In this document: positions 47,487 to 56,677 of the stretch, piece by piece
Layout of the letters: each line of letters begins with the position of its first letter
How positions within the stretch are numbered: position 1 is the stretch's first letter
Assembly: GCA_965261395.1 (NCBI GenBank)
Contig: OZ253462.1
Span: 1,440,001 to 1,504,000, forward strand
DNA: 64,000 bases
Origin: Candidatus Latescibacterota bacterium
GTDB lineage: Bacteria > Latescibacterota > UBA2968 > UBA8231
Direction of reading: 5' to 3'
Position numbers and translations under genes: made by a program
The notes under the pieces: generated by a model
Seen by the model: the letters and a program-made list of their open reading frames with translations, nothing else
Databases searched by the model: none
What the model was told of the DNA's origin: nothing

Positions 47487-48471
47487 ATCAGAAAGTTACG
47501 ACCCCAAGCCGAGTATGCTGCTGTCACCGGCGCAGCTGGACGAGTTCAAAGCAGAGGGGGCGCTCGCGATTCCGGGATTGGTACCTCCTGATGTGCTTGA
47601 CGGGTGGCAAGCCCAAATACGCGGCGCTTGCTCCGACGGCGTCGACCTCGACGACCCCAACACCTGGCCTGCCGGGCGGTATGCACCCGAGGGTGGTTGG
47701 CCCGAGCTCAGCCCCAACCTGTACGAGTTACCGAGCCTGCGGTCCATCGTGGAGCAGATCGGTGGCGGTGCTTTTGCCCCTTCCCACCCGGCGGGGCAGC
47801 CGTGGACGCCGCAGATTCCAATGACGCGGGTGATCCTGCCGAGCGCTCCGGGCACGGAGTGGGCATCCCCTGTCGATGGTCACCTCGATGGGTATGCGAC
47901 AGGCTGGGGCGGTGGGTTCATGGCGTTCTTCGCCGTGCTGCTCTGGGACGTCAGTAGCCCTACGGGCGGAGGCACGGCCTACTGGCCAAGGTCGCACCTG
48001 GCCAACCACCGATACTTCCTCGAGCACCCCGAGCAATTCGACGGTTCGTACCTCTTCACAGAGCCCGTGCGGAGTGGCGGGCACCGGGCGCTCTTGGAGG
48101 GGGATCTCAGTGTGGGCGAGGTGGTATGTATGACGGGGCGAGCTGGCGACGCCATGCTGCTCCACGGCCTCACTACGCACGTCGGCTCGGCTAACGCGGC
48201 GGGGTCAAAGCAACCGCGAGTGGCGCAGTTTGCACGGTACTCCCACAGGGAAATGCGCGAGCAGGCACCCATGGTCATGTTTCCTGACAAGGATGGCACG
48301 CCATGGTCGCCCCCGACGCCGTCACCGCACGTTGGCAACACCCCGGTGGAGCGTGACGAGCAAGCGGCGGCGACAGGTTTTCTACCGCCGGGGCACCCAG
48401 GCCGGAGGCTCAAGCGATACGACGTACCGCGGAACCTCTGGAAATATTGGCCCCCTGCTCTCAATACCTAA
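47479..48471 (+). CDS. PhyH-like 2OG-Fe(II) dioxygenase
   Basis: GHLDG, GGGTAYWPRSH and AGDAMLLH..TTH. Confidence 0.75.
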   Translation: MNKSESYDPKPSMLLSPAQLDEFKAEGALAIPGLVPPDVLDGWQAQIRGACSDGVDLDDPNTWPAGRYAPEGGWPELSPNLYELPSLRSIVEQIGGGAFAPSHPAGQPWTPQIPMTRVILPSAPGTEWASPVDGHLDGYATGWGGGFMAFFAVLLWDVSSPTGGGTAYWPRSHLANHRYFLEHPEQFDGSYLFTEPVRSGGHRALLEGDLSVGEVVCMTGRAGDAMLLHGLTTHVGSANAAGSKQPRVAQFARYSHREMREQAPMVMFPDKDGTPWSPPTPSPHVGNTPVERDEQAAATGFLPPGHPGRRLKRYDVPRNLWKYWPPALNT

Positions 48472-48585
48472 TTCGTCGCCTGAGATCGTCTGGCCGTAGG
48501 TAAATGCCCGGTTCATTATGGCCTTCGCACTGCCGTATACAGGAAATTTCATAATTATTATTCTCAATATATTACAATAAGTTAT

Positions 48586-49631
48586 ACGTGATGTGTGACT
48601 TTTTTATTCAATGGCGATCCCTCCCCTATCTTATTTGTGCGACCAAACCGATAGGGATCATCTCGGAGGGATCACCATCATGTATAAAGTAGAAGATTTT
48701 GTCATTGCCATCTATTGCTTGATCGAGGACGAATTGTATCCGGCGTTCTGCCAGCAGCATGGCCTTCCTCGTCGGGCGGGTTTCCCCCCGGCGTTAAGCG
48801 ACATCGAATGCCTGACGGTCGAGTGGGTCGGTCCGTATCTGGGCTATACCACCCAAAAACAACTCTACGAGCAGATGCACGACCGCTGGAACACTTGGTT
48901 TCCGGCCCTACGCGACCGAGTCGCCTTCGGACGCCAGTGCGCCAACCTCTGGCAGGTCAAAGCCTGGATGCATCATCACATCGTTGAGCGATTGGGCGGT
49001 TATCAGGCTCCCTGCCAAATCATAGATACGCTCCCGGTGCCGATCTGCCATGCCGCGCGCCGATTTCAACGCCGAATTTTCCGCACCGAGTCCGTCGGCG
49101 CATGTCCGGCACCGACCCTCGGCTATGGTGCGGCCAAAGACGAAGTCTACTTTGGCTTTAAAGGCGGCCTGCGCATCACCGACTATGGCCTGATTGTCCA
49201 CGCGCCGCTGCTGCCGGCCTATGGCCATGACAGCACCTGTCGCGACCCGCTCTTAGCCGGCCTGCAGACCCCCACGCAGGTGCTCGGCGATGCCGCCTTT
49301 TTAGCCTTGGATCGACAACAGGAACTCCAACAGCACCACCTCCACCTGCTGACCCCCCTCAAACGCAATATGCAGCCCACCGAGGCGCGAAAGCCCTTTG
49401 TCGCCCCCGCTTGGGCGCTAAGGCTCCGACGACGTATCGAAACCGTCTATGCCCAATTGGTACAACGCTTCCACGTCCAAACCATCAAAGTCCGCGATGC
49501 GTGGCATTTGCAGAGCCTATGGACCACCAAAATACTCACCCATTCGATCTGCGTATGGCTCAATATACGCCTCAAACGAAAACCGCTGGACTTGGAAGGA
49601 CTCGTCCAATGGTAAAAGTCACACATCACGT
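48586..49631 (+). mobile_element. IS982-family insertion sequence
   Basis: 18-bp inverted repeats ACGTGATGTGTGACTTTT; 7-bp target duplication AAGTTAT (48579-48585 and 49632-49638). Confidence 0.9.
48680..49615 (+). CDS. IS982-family DDE transposase
   Basis: IIDTLPVPIC, GYGAAK..YFGFK, LGDAAF and RRRIETVYAQL; ATG 48680 after GGAGG. Confidence 0.9.
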   Translation: MYKVEDFVIAIYCLIEDELYPAFCQQHGLPRRAGFPPALSDIECLTVEWVGPYLGYTTQKQLYEQMHDRWNTWFPALRDRVAFGRQCANLWQVKAWMHHHIVERLGGYQAPCQIIDTLPVPICHAARRFQRRIFRTESVGACPAPTLGYGAAKDEVYFGFKGGLRITDYGLIVHAPLLPAYGHDSTCRDPLLAGLQTPTQVLGDAAFLALDRQQELQQHHLHLLTPLKRNMQPTEARKPFVAPAWALRLRRRIETVYAQLVQRFHVQTIKVRDAWHLQSLWTTKILTHSICVWLNIRLKRKPLDLEGLVQW

Positions 49632-49706
49632 AAGTTATGTATAATACATCAACCTCGCGGTATTGGTTTGCGACGGTTCACACGAATACGTACCTTCGTC
49701 TTTAGA

Positions 49707-49763
49707 TAAGTAACATATAGTGGCCATTACCCGAACCAGTTATTCGGGTACAAGCAGATATAT
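49707..49763 (+). repeat. attC-like intergenic repeat, copy B
   Basis: TAAGTAACATATAGTGGCCATTACCCGAACCAgTTaTTCGGGTACAAGCAG, near-identical to 59057-59113. Confidence 0.65.
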
Positions 49764-49907
49764 GAAAGGGAAAAATCTGAATCCTTGTGGAACATCTCCA
49801 GTGTCTCTGTTTGCGATTGGGATACTGTCGGGTGAAGTCACTACCGCACAAGATATGGAGTTCGCAGTTTATGCCTAAGGTTAGCGAAAATCACGGGGAA
49901 GTGTTTG

Positions 49908-50513
49908 ATGGTTGAAAAATTGCCCACTGGGAAGAAACTATCCTTTGAAGAGTACGAACTCTTTTACAAGTCTACTGAAAAGGTCACGGATTGGCGCCAT
50001 GCCGCGAACCGGTGGAATTACTCAATCTGTTTGGCTCTCCTCATCGCCATAGTTGCGCTTGGGAGATGGGGTCTATCTGATCCAAAGCTGTTGGCTATAT
50101 CGATTTTAGCAATGATTATTCTCGCATTAATGGCTATTCTTTTTTGCTCCCTTTGGATTGAGCAGATTGAGGATTTCAAAGCTCTAAATAATGAGAAATT
50201 TTCCGTACTAAACGAAATGGCAGAACATGTCGTGTTTAGTGCTGACATGAATGATCCCCGTATGTCTTACTCGCCCTTCGAGCGAGAATGGGAGCAATTT
50301 AATAGAAAGAAAGAGCATAAGGGTACACAAATCATCGCACTAGAATCGACTAAACTCGAATATTGGGTCCCCAAAGCATTTCGCATCGTTTATGCCTGCA
50401 TTCTTGTATTCGTAACGGTGATTTTTATTATAAATTGGGAAGAGATCCGAAACACGACTCTACAACTCCCCTCTAAGCCACCAGCATCTGTCATCAGTGA
50501 AACTAAAAACTAA
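49908..50513 (+). CDS. 2-TM membrane protein, putative defence effector
   Basis: EEYELFYKSTEKVTDWRHAANRW, two TM helices, W..QIEDFKALNNEKFSVLNEM; stop overlaps the next start (TAATG). Confidence 0.75.
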   Translation: MVEKLPTGKKLSFEEYELFYKSTEKVTDWRHAANRWNYSICLALLIAIVALGRWGLSDPKLLAISILAMIILALMAILFCSLWIEQIEDFKALNNEKFSVLNEMAEHVVFSADMNDPRMSYSPFEREWEQFNRKKEHKGTQIIALESTKLEYWVPKAFRIVYACILVFVTVIFIINWEEIRNTTLQLPSKPPASVISETKN

Positions 50514-50902
50514 TGCCATTTCTATATGTAATCATGCCTGTCGGTGGAGATCCCCAAGCTGACAGTAAAAAAGCGATTATCGCTCAAGCTGCCCATGAAT
50601 TAGGAGTAGACGTCATCCTTCCTCAATATTCACTAATCAAACCTACATTCCAGCTTGATTATACGATTGAGGTGATTGAAAAGTGCGACTTCGCCCTCGC
50701 GGACCTATCGTTTGAACGTCCAAGTTGTTACTACGAACTAGGACTCGTCGAGGCTCGGAAAAAAGATGTGGTCATCGTCGCCAAAGTAGGAACCGATATA
50801 CATCAAACATGGGCACGTAACCGAGTACATGAGTACAAAACAGCTACTGACTATCCAACTGTCACGAGGTCTGCCTTAAAGAGCTTACTTGCTGGCCGCT
50901 AA
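50513..50902 (+). CDS. Nucleoside 2-deoxyribosyltransferase-like (TIR-like Rossmannoid) protein
   Basis: YVIMP, IEKCDFALADLSFERPSCYYELG and KDVVIV. Confidence 0.75.
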   Translation: MPFLYVIMPVGGDPQADSKKAIIAQAAHELGVDVILPQYSLIKPTFQLDYTIEVIEKCDFALADLSFERPSCYYELGLVEARKKDVVIVAKVGTDIHQTWARNRVHEYKTATDYPTVTRSALKSLLAGR

Positions 50903-50933
50903 TGGGCTTATAATGAACTAGGAAAGGACTTGT

Positions 50934-51521
50934 ATGGGACGAAAGTGTTTTATCTCCTTCAAGACAGAAGACATCGCGTTCAAACTACACATACAGAATG
51001 AACTCAACATAGATATGATAGATAAGTCACTGGATGAAGCTATCGAGTCTGAAGATGAGGACTACGTTCTCCGTCGAATTCGAGAAGACTACCTCTCGGA
51101 CTCGACTGTCACCCTGCACTTGATCGGTTTGGCAAGTGCTGAAAACCGAGGCTCCTTTGAGCAGGCATATATAAAACGAGAGTTACAAGCCTCTCTATAC
51201 AATGGACCAGGGAATACACGTAACGGAATTCTCGGAATTGTCTTACCGTTTATGGACACGTCAGTATATAGAGGGAAGTACAATTGCTATATGTGCGGCG
51301 GAGAACACAACCATATCGCCTTGAACGAGAGTACTGTGATCAGAGAATTCAGCTATAACTACTACATCCCTAATGATCGCTGCTACCATATAGAAAGTGA
51401 TCGATACTGCGTGTTGTGTAGATGGACTGATTTCTGTAGTGCCCCAGAAGCTTGGATCGAATCAGCATTCGCTAAGCGTTCTGAACCTATAGCGGACAGA
51501 ACTAGGGTTTATGTTGATTGA
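50934..51521 (+). CDS. ThsB/MTH538 (DUF1863)-like TIR domain protein
   Basis: RKCFISF, IREDYLSDSTVTLHLIG, YIKRELQASL (candidate catalytic Glu) and NGILGIVLP. Confidence 0.85.
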   Translation: MGRKCFISFKTEDIAFKLHIQNELNIDMIDKSLDEAIESEDEDYVLRRIREDYLSDSTVTLHLIGLASAENRGSFEQAYIKRELQASLYNGPGNTRNGILGIVLPFMDTSVYRGKYNCYMCGGEHNHIALNESTVIREFSYNYYIPNDRCYHIESDRYCVLCRWTDFCSAPEAWIESAFAKRSEPIADRTRVYVD

Positions 51522-51539
51522 TATAGGAGGAAAGATTTT

Positions 51540-51636
51540 TATATATCACATCCGTTTACGCTGAGCGCCATACGGCGTTTGGGGCTGCTCCCACTCCTCA
51601 TGCGTGGGGTCGTGAATGGTGAAAGCGACGTTATGC
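51540..51636 (+). repeat. attC-like imperfect palindrome ending GTTATGC
   Basis: CATCCGTTTACG pairs imperfectly with CGTGAATGGTG; core-like GTTATGC at 51630. Confidence 0.4.
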
Positions 51637-51780
51637 AAAACTGGCGCAGGGGCAGCCCCTAGATCCCACCCCGAAGAATCGCACACAAGAAACAACCTAT
51701 CCGAACGCTCAGAATACCGCTGGGGTATATTCCCTTGGGGTCAACGGTAGATCGAGCAAACAGAGAACGGGAGGAAATCC

Positions 51781-53538
51781 GTGTACGACGAGATTGATAG
51801 AGAAATCCAGCAGGAATACTACCACCAGAACTTTTCCAATGATGGACAACGGTTCGTAGCGTGGTATCTAAGGAACGTGCACCTTAGAGACATGAATGAG
51901 ACCAAGGACGACGTCACCGATGGACCAGACGACAAGCAGATTGACGCGATCGTGATCGATGACGAGAAATCCATCATCTTTATCGTACAGGGGAAATTCT
52001 ATAGTGGCGAGTCAGTCGATGCTGAACCTCTCCGTGAGGTACTCAGTGCCTGGATACAGATTCACGATCTGGTACGTCTCCAGGAGGTAGGAAACACCAA
52101 GCTGAAGCGGAAACTGTCTGAGGTGGCCCAAGCGCTTGAGGATGACTATGAGGTGGAGTTTGAGTTGATCACTACTTCTGGTCTTACACCCACAGCCAAC
52201 GACGATCTGGCTACCTTTCAGCGTCAATTGGCTGAGTTGTCGGAGAGTAAGGACTTGGTGTGCTCAATCAGTGTAATTGACCGAGATGAGTTACGCCGAA
52301 GGTACGATCTCGCTCTTGAGCGTGACAATCCGTCAATAGAACATACTGTCGATATGTCCTCCTGTTCCCATATGGAGATGACGTTAGATGGGACCAAAGC
52401 TGTCATAGCTGCCATTCCGTTGAGTGAGTGCATCAAGTTTCCTGGAATAAGGGATGGCACGCTGTTCCAGAAGAATGTGAGGCAAAGCTTGGGACTGAGC
52501 AATCGGGTCAATAAGGGGATCAAGAACACTATATACAGCGACCGCCATATGGATTTTTTCTTCTTTCATAATGGCATCACCGCAATCTGTAACCGGATGT
52601 CTATGGAGGAGAGCCAGCTCAAGCTCACTGGACTCAGTGTTGTCAATGGGTGTCAGTCACTCAATACGATCTTGAGCTGCAGCGAACGCGTCAAACAGCT
52701 GGCAGACACCTGCGTTTTGTTTCGTTTCTACGAGATTCCGCAAAGGGAGCGCGGCGACCGTATTAGCATTAATACAAACTCTCAGAGTTCGGTAAAGCCG
52801 CGCGATCTACGCAGCAATGATAGGCGCGTCCTTAACCTCAAAAGACGGTTTGAACAGAAGTTTTCTAATGGCTGTTTCCTAACTAAGCGAGGAGAGGTAG
52901 CGACCCCCTCGTGTGATAAGGACTACGTGCTAGACTTGTCTGATCTGGGCAAGTACCTCATCGCTTGGCATTCGCAAAGGCCCAATATTTCTTACAGCGA
53001 GACGCGCATATTCGACAAATACTTCGAGCAGCTGTTCAGACGAGACTACTCTCCAGAAAGCGCCCAAGCCCTCCACCACTGGATGAGGCACGTAAGGGAT
53101 CGTTGGACGAAGGATAACCCCTTGGGGCTGAACGAGTCACTATTGGCCATGCGCGCTTACGCTCCCTACCATCACCTATATTCTGTTTCTCTTTGCTTCT
53201 GCGTGGCAAACAACAGATCAGAAGGTGTACCAGTTCCCCAAGTGACCTATGAGAGGGTGTCTGATCATGACCTTGTCGATCAGGTCGTTGACATCGCTGG
53301 AAGTTGTCTGAACAGCGCCCTAGAAGCTGCAGCGGCTGAGCCGCTTCCCCCAAATCGTGTCTTTAGCCCCCAAAACTGGGTGAAAACCAAGAGTTGTCTG
53401 GCCGGGATTAGGGCTGCGATGCGGCAGTACTTTAACATGCTTCCTACCATGCCGATGGGAAGGGAAACGAGCCAGAAGCTCAAGGCTGGCCTCGCCATGA
53501 CCGAAGATCAGTTTGAGGCGAGATGGGCAGCAGATTGA
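51781..53538 (+). CDS. AIPR (abortive infection phage resistance) family protein
   Basis: DGPDDKQIDAI, LFQKNVRQSLG, FFFFHNGIT, VVNGCQS and NTNSQ..V..RDLRSND. Confidence 0.9.
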   Translation: MYDEIDREIQQEYYHQNFSNDGQRFVAWYLRNVHLRDMNETKDDVTDGPDDKQIDAIVIDDEKSIIFIVQGKFYSGESVDAEPLREVLSAWIQIHDLVRLQEVGNTKLKRKLSEVAQALEDDYEVEFELITTSGLTPTANDDLATFQRQLAELSESKDLVCSISVIDRDELRRRYDLALERDNPSIEHTVDMSSCSHMEMTLDGTKAVIAAIPLSECIKFPGIRDGTLFQKNVRQSLGLSNRVNKGIKNTIYSDRHMDFFFFHNGITAICNRMSMEESQLKLTGLSVVNGCQSLNTILSCSERVKQLADTCVLFRFYEIPQRERGDRISINTNSQSSVKPRDLRSNDRRVLNLKRRFEQKFSNGCFLTKRGEVATPSCDKDYVLDLSDLGKYLIAWHSQRPNISYSETRIFDKYFEQLFRRDYSPESAQALHHWMRHVRDRWTKDNPLGLNESLLAMRAYAPYHHLYSVSLCFCVANNRSEGVPVPQVTYERVSDHDLVDQVVDIAGSCLNSALEAAAAEPLPPNRVFSPQNWVKTKSCLAGIRAAMRQYFNMLPTMPMGRETSQKLKAGLAMTEDQFEARWAAD

Positions 53539-53594
53539 CTGGGTTCGGACAAACCATCCTCGAACTGTATCCCCCTCTGCCCATTAGGGCCGGG

Positions 53595-53660
53595 CATTAT
53601 GGCCTTCGCACCGCCGTACATTACTCGAACCAATTGTTTGGGCACAAGCAGTTATGTGCC
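53595..53660 (+). repeat. attC-like repeat, copy C
   Basis: CATTATGGCCTTCGCACcGCCGTA (shared with ~48514-48537) joined to CATTACtCGAACCAATTGTTtGGGcACAAGCAGTTATGT (shared with copies B and D). Confidence 0.65.
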
Positions 53661-53708
53661 ATGCGACCCTCAAGAACGCCTACAGCAAAGCAGACAGAGT
53701 AAGACACC

Positions 53709-54524
53709 ATGCACCGACTTCACAGTGAAGAGACTTTGTCTATTCGGCCTCATTTTGACACTCTCAACCTCCGCCTCGTTGTAGATAGCATTATTGATGG
53801 CAAAACTCCCGCTAGAGTCTGGGCAGACGATCTAGCTGCGCCGAGGACCGTGTTAGCTTGGGAAGGCCGGTGTATCTATCTCGTAGGAGACTTTGAAGAC
53901 GCCGAAGTCAACAAAGGGCTGCGAGAGATCTTCTTGACTGAAATCCAGCCAGAGGGTCAGTCGAGAGAACTCGGGTTCTTCAAGCTCTACTATTCACCAG
54001 ATGCTTGGAGCCTCCGGCTGGAGGAGATTTTCGGCTCGCTCTCGGACAATGACGTGGAAAGACGGATTTACTGCTCTGTTCGGGACAGTTCATCGAGCAT
54101 TGCCGTCCCATCGCTCCCGCTGGAGCTCAGGCAGATCGACGCCCAATTGCTCCAAAGTGACTTTGTGCACATTGGCTTGGTCAAAGATGAGATCCTGGGA
54201 GGCTGGCCATCCTTTGAAACATTCCTCGACCAGGGATTCGGCTTCACGATGCTCGATGGGACTTCAGTTGTCTGTTGGTGTACAGCAGAATACGTGAGCG
54301 AAGGCAAGTGCGGCATAGGTATCGAGACGATTGAGGCATACCAGAGAAGGGGCATTGCTACTGTGGTGGCTGGAGAGTTTGTCAGGCACGCCCTCGCTTC
54401 AGGGGTAAATCCCCACTGGGACTGTTGGGCAAGCAACACACCATCGGTCAGGGTGGCAGAAAAGGTGGGGTTCGCCGACATGCACGACTACAAGATTGCA
54501 ATTGGCTCATTCGGCGACGGATAG
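53709..54524 (+). CDS. GNAT acetyltransferase
   Basis: GFGF, IGIETIEAYQRRGIA, PHWDC..N..S and AEKVGF. Confidence 0.9.
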   Translation: MHRLHSEETLSIRPHFDTLNLRLVVDSIIDGKTPARVWADDLAAPRTVLAWEGRCIYLVGDFEDAEVNKGLREIFLTEIQPEGQSRELGFFKLYYSPDAWSLRLEEIFGSLSDNDVERRIYCSVRDSSSSIAVPSLPLELRQIDAQLLQSDFVHIGLVKDEILGGWPSFETFLDQGFGFTMLDGTSVVCWCTAEYVSEGKCGIGIETIEAYQRRGIATVVAGEFVRHALASGVNPHWDCWASNTPSVRVAEKVGFADMHDYKIAIGSFGDG

Positions 54525-54557
54525 AGGGTCGCACGACATTCCCAATGGAGCACATAG

Positions 54558-55262
54558 ATGGATAGGCCACAGGCTATTCTCTTCGATTTCATAAATACTC
54601 TCGTACGCAATCTGAAGTCCGATCCCCTCGCAGGTAACACTCGCCTTCTCGAATATGCAGTGGATCGAAAAGGTATATCACCTGAAGAGGTAACGACTGA
54701 AGCAAAAAGGCTCGATAGTGAGGTTGCTGTTGAGGGTAATTCAATCATCGAATTCACGCATCATCAGTTTAATCGACTACTCTTTGATCGACTCGGCATC
54801 ACCTTTCGTGAACCCATGGAGGTACTCGAACTGGAATTCTGGAAAGAATGTATGCTTTTCGCTCCTGAGCCCGGCATTGCCGATGTATTGACCGCCTTAT
54901 CTGCCCATGATTTGAGAATGGGAGTAGTAAGCAACCATTCAGTATCTGGAACAGTTCTCTCCTGGGAACTTCAACGTCATGAACTGCTCAACTATTTTGA
55001 ATTTGTTATCTCTAGCGCCGATTATGGGATAAGAAAGCCCCATTCCGTGATTTTCACCTCAGCGGCCACCCGATTGGGCATGGCACCTTCAGAGATATGG
55101 TATGTAGGCGACACGTTGGAGACCGATATGGTGGGGGCGAAGCAGTGCCACATGAGTGCAATCTGGTATAACAGGCGACAACAAGAGCCTGCGGATATCC
55201 CAGTTGATGCAGAGGTTAGGAGCTGGGAGGAATTTCTGGAGTTGGCTCAAACGTATTTATAG
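54558..55262 (+). CDS. HAD family hydrolase
   Basis: LFDFINTL, VVSN, RKP and YVGDTLETDMVGA. Confidence 0.9.
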   Translation: MDRPQAILFDFINTLVRNLKSDPLAGNTRLLEYAVDRKGISPEEVTTEAKRLDSEVAVEGNSIIEFTHHQFNRLLFDRLGITFREPMEVLELEFWKECMLFAPEPGIADVLTALSAHDLRMGVVSNHSVSGTVLSWELQRHELLNYFEFVISSADYGIRKPHSVIFTSAATRLGMAPSEIWYVGDTLETDMVGAKQCHMSAIWYNRRQQEPADIPVDAEVRSWEEFLELAQTYL

Positions 55263-55271
55263 GAGTTTCAC

Positions 55272-55697
55272 ATGGAAATTAGGATTGCTGAAGTAGATTC
55301 AGATTTAGAAATAGTTGGTAGTTTGTTGATTCAACTCAGACCTAGCTATGACCTACGCACTATAATCTCTCAGGTTAAGGCTCAGCAAAAGAGAGGTTAT
55401 ACCGTCGCTTATATCAAGGATGATGGTCAGGCGATTTGTGCGGCGGGATTTGTAATTGAGACCGGATTGGCTTGGGGAAAATACATGTACATTGAAGATT
55501 TAGTCACAGATGCACACCGGCGTTCCTCGGGCCTAGGCAAAGTCATGCTAGATTGGCTTAAATCTTGTGCGCGAAAAAATGACTGCGGTCAGATCCATTT
55601 GGATTCAGGCATTCAAAATTTTTCTGCACATAGATTCTATCTACGAGAGGGGTTTAATATCGCAAGTCATCATTTTTCGATTGTGAATGTCAAATGA
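55272..55697 (+). CDS. GNAT acetyltransferase
   Basis: YIEDLVTD..RRSSGLG, LDSG and AHRFY. Confidence 0.9.
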   Translation: MEIRIAEVDSDLEIVGSLLIQLRPSYDLRTIISQVKAQQKRGYTVAYIKDDGQAICAAGFVIETGLAWGKYMYIEDLVTDAHRRSSGLGKVMLDWLKSCARKNDCGQIHLDSGIQNFSAHRFYLREGFNIASHHFSIVNVK

Positions 55698-55750
55698 CTG
55701 TATAACCGTAATCGCGGTTTGCAGCTAAGAGTTTTGTAGGAGTAAAAAAT

Positions 55751-56677
55751 ATGAAGCTGTTGACTAGGGACTCATTCGAGAAAGCAAGGACTTTCGTGAT
55801 GGAGCAGGGCCGAGAGTTAGAAAGACGGCTTCTATCGTATTATTTCGATGATGGAACTCCAGCCGCAGTCCTAGACGAACTTGCTCGCTATCAGAATCAA
55901 GATGGCGGTTTCGGCAATGGCCTTGAACCCGATCTCCAATTGTCTGATTCATCCGTTATCACGACGACCATTGCGCTACGCATTCTCAGAGAGGTCAAAG
56001 CGACCAGTAGTGATGAGATTGTCCGCAAGGCAATCCAGTATTTACTGGCTGAATACGATTCGACCCAGAGCACATGGCCTATCGTCCCGCAAGCGGTGGA
56101 TGAATCCCCCCATGCGCCGTGGTGGAATTTTGAGAATACGGCAGATACTTTTGGTAATTTCTTGGCCAATCCTCGTGCGGAGGTCGTGGGCCATCTACAT
56201 GAATATCACGAGTTGGTACCTATAGACCTGACTAAACAGCTCACGGTAGAGGTCATAGAGCATATAAAAACATTACCAGATAAAATGAACATGTACGACT
56301 TTATCTGCTATGTTCATCTGGTTGAGACGGCTGCCCTGCCCCAATCCGCGAAAGATACGCTGGCGGAAATACTAATTCGGAGAGCACACTATGTCGTCGT
56401 TCACACGCCGAAAGAATTGATGGAACCCTCTGCCAGACCGCTCTGGTTAGCTTCTACGCCCACCTCGTTGCTAGCAGAGACACTGAAGAGCGAAATAGAT
56501 ATGAATTTGGATTTTGATATTGAGCATCAAAATTCAGATGGCTCTTGGTCTCCTGCTTGGACTTGGTATGGCCAGTATCCAGAAGCCTGGGAGCAAGCCG
56601 AGCAGCATTGGCAGAGTTGTTTGACCGTTGAGATACTAAAAGCATTAAAAGAATTTGGGCGGATTGAAAGTCTTTAG
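55751..56677 (+). CDS. Prenyltransferase/squalene cyclase repeat protein
   Basis: YQNQDGGFGNGLEPD, HAPWW and QNSDGSW. Confidence 0.8.
   Translation: MKLLTRDSFEKARTFVMEQGRELERRLLSYYFDDGTPAAVLDELARYQNQDGGFGNGLEPDLQLSDSSVITTTIALRILREVKATSSDEIVRKAIQYLLAEYDSTQSTWPIVPQAVDESPHAPWWNFENTADTFGNFLANPRAEVVGHLHEYHELVPIDLTKQLTVEVIEHIKTLPDKMNMYDFICYVHLVETAALPQSAKDTLAEILIRRAHYVVVHTPKELMEPSARPLWLASTPTSLLAETLKSEIDMNLDFDIEHQNSDGSWSPAWTWYGQYPEAWEQAEQHWQSCLTVEILKALKEFGRIESL

Noticed and set aside
48560-49645. dif (XerCD) site split by the IS
   Set aside because: TTATGTATAAT resembles the XerD arm, but no XerC arm is correctly spaced.
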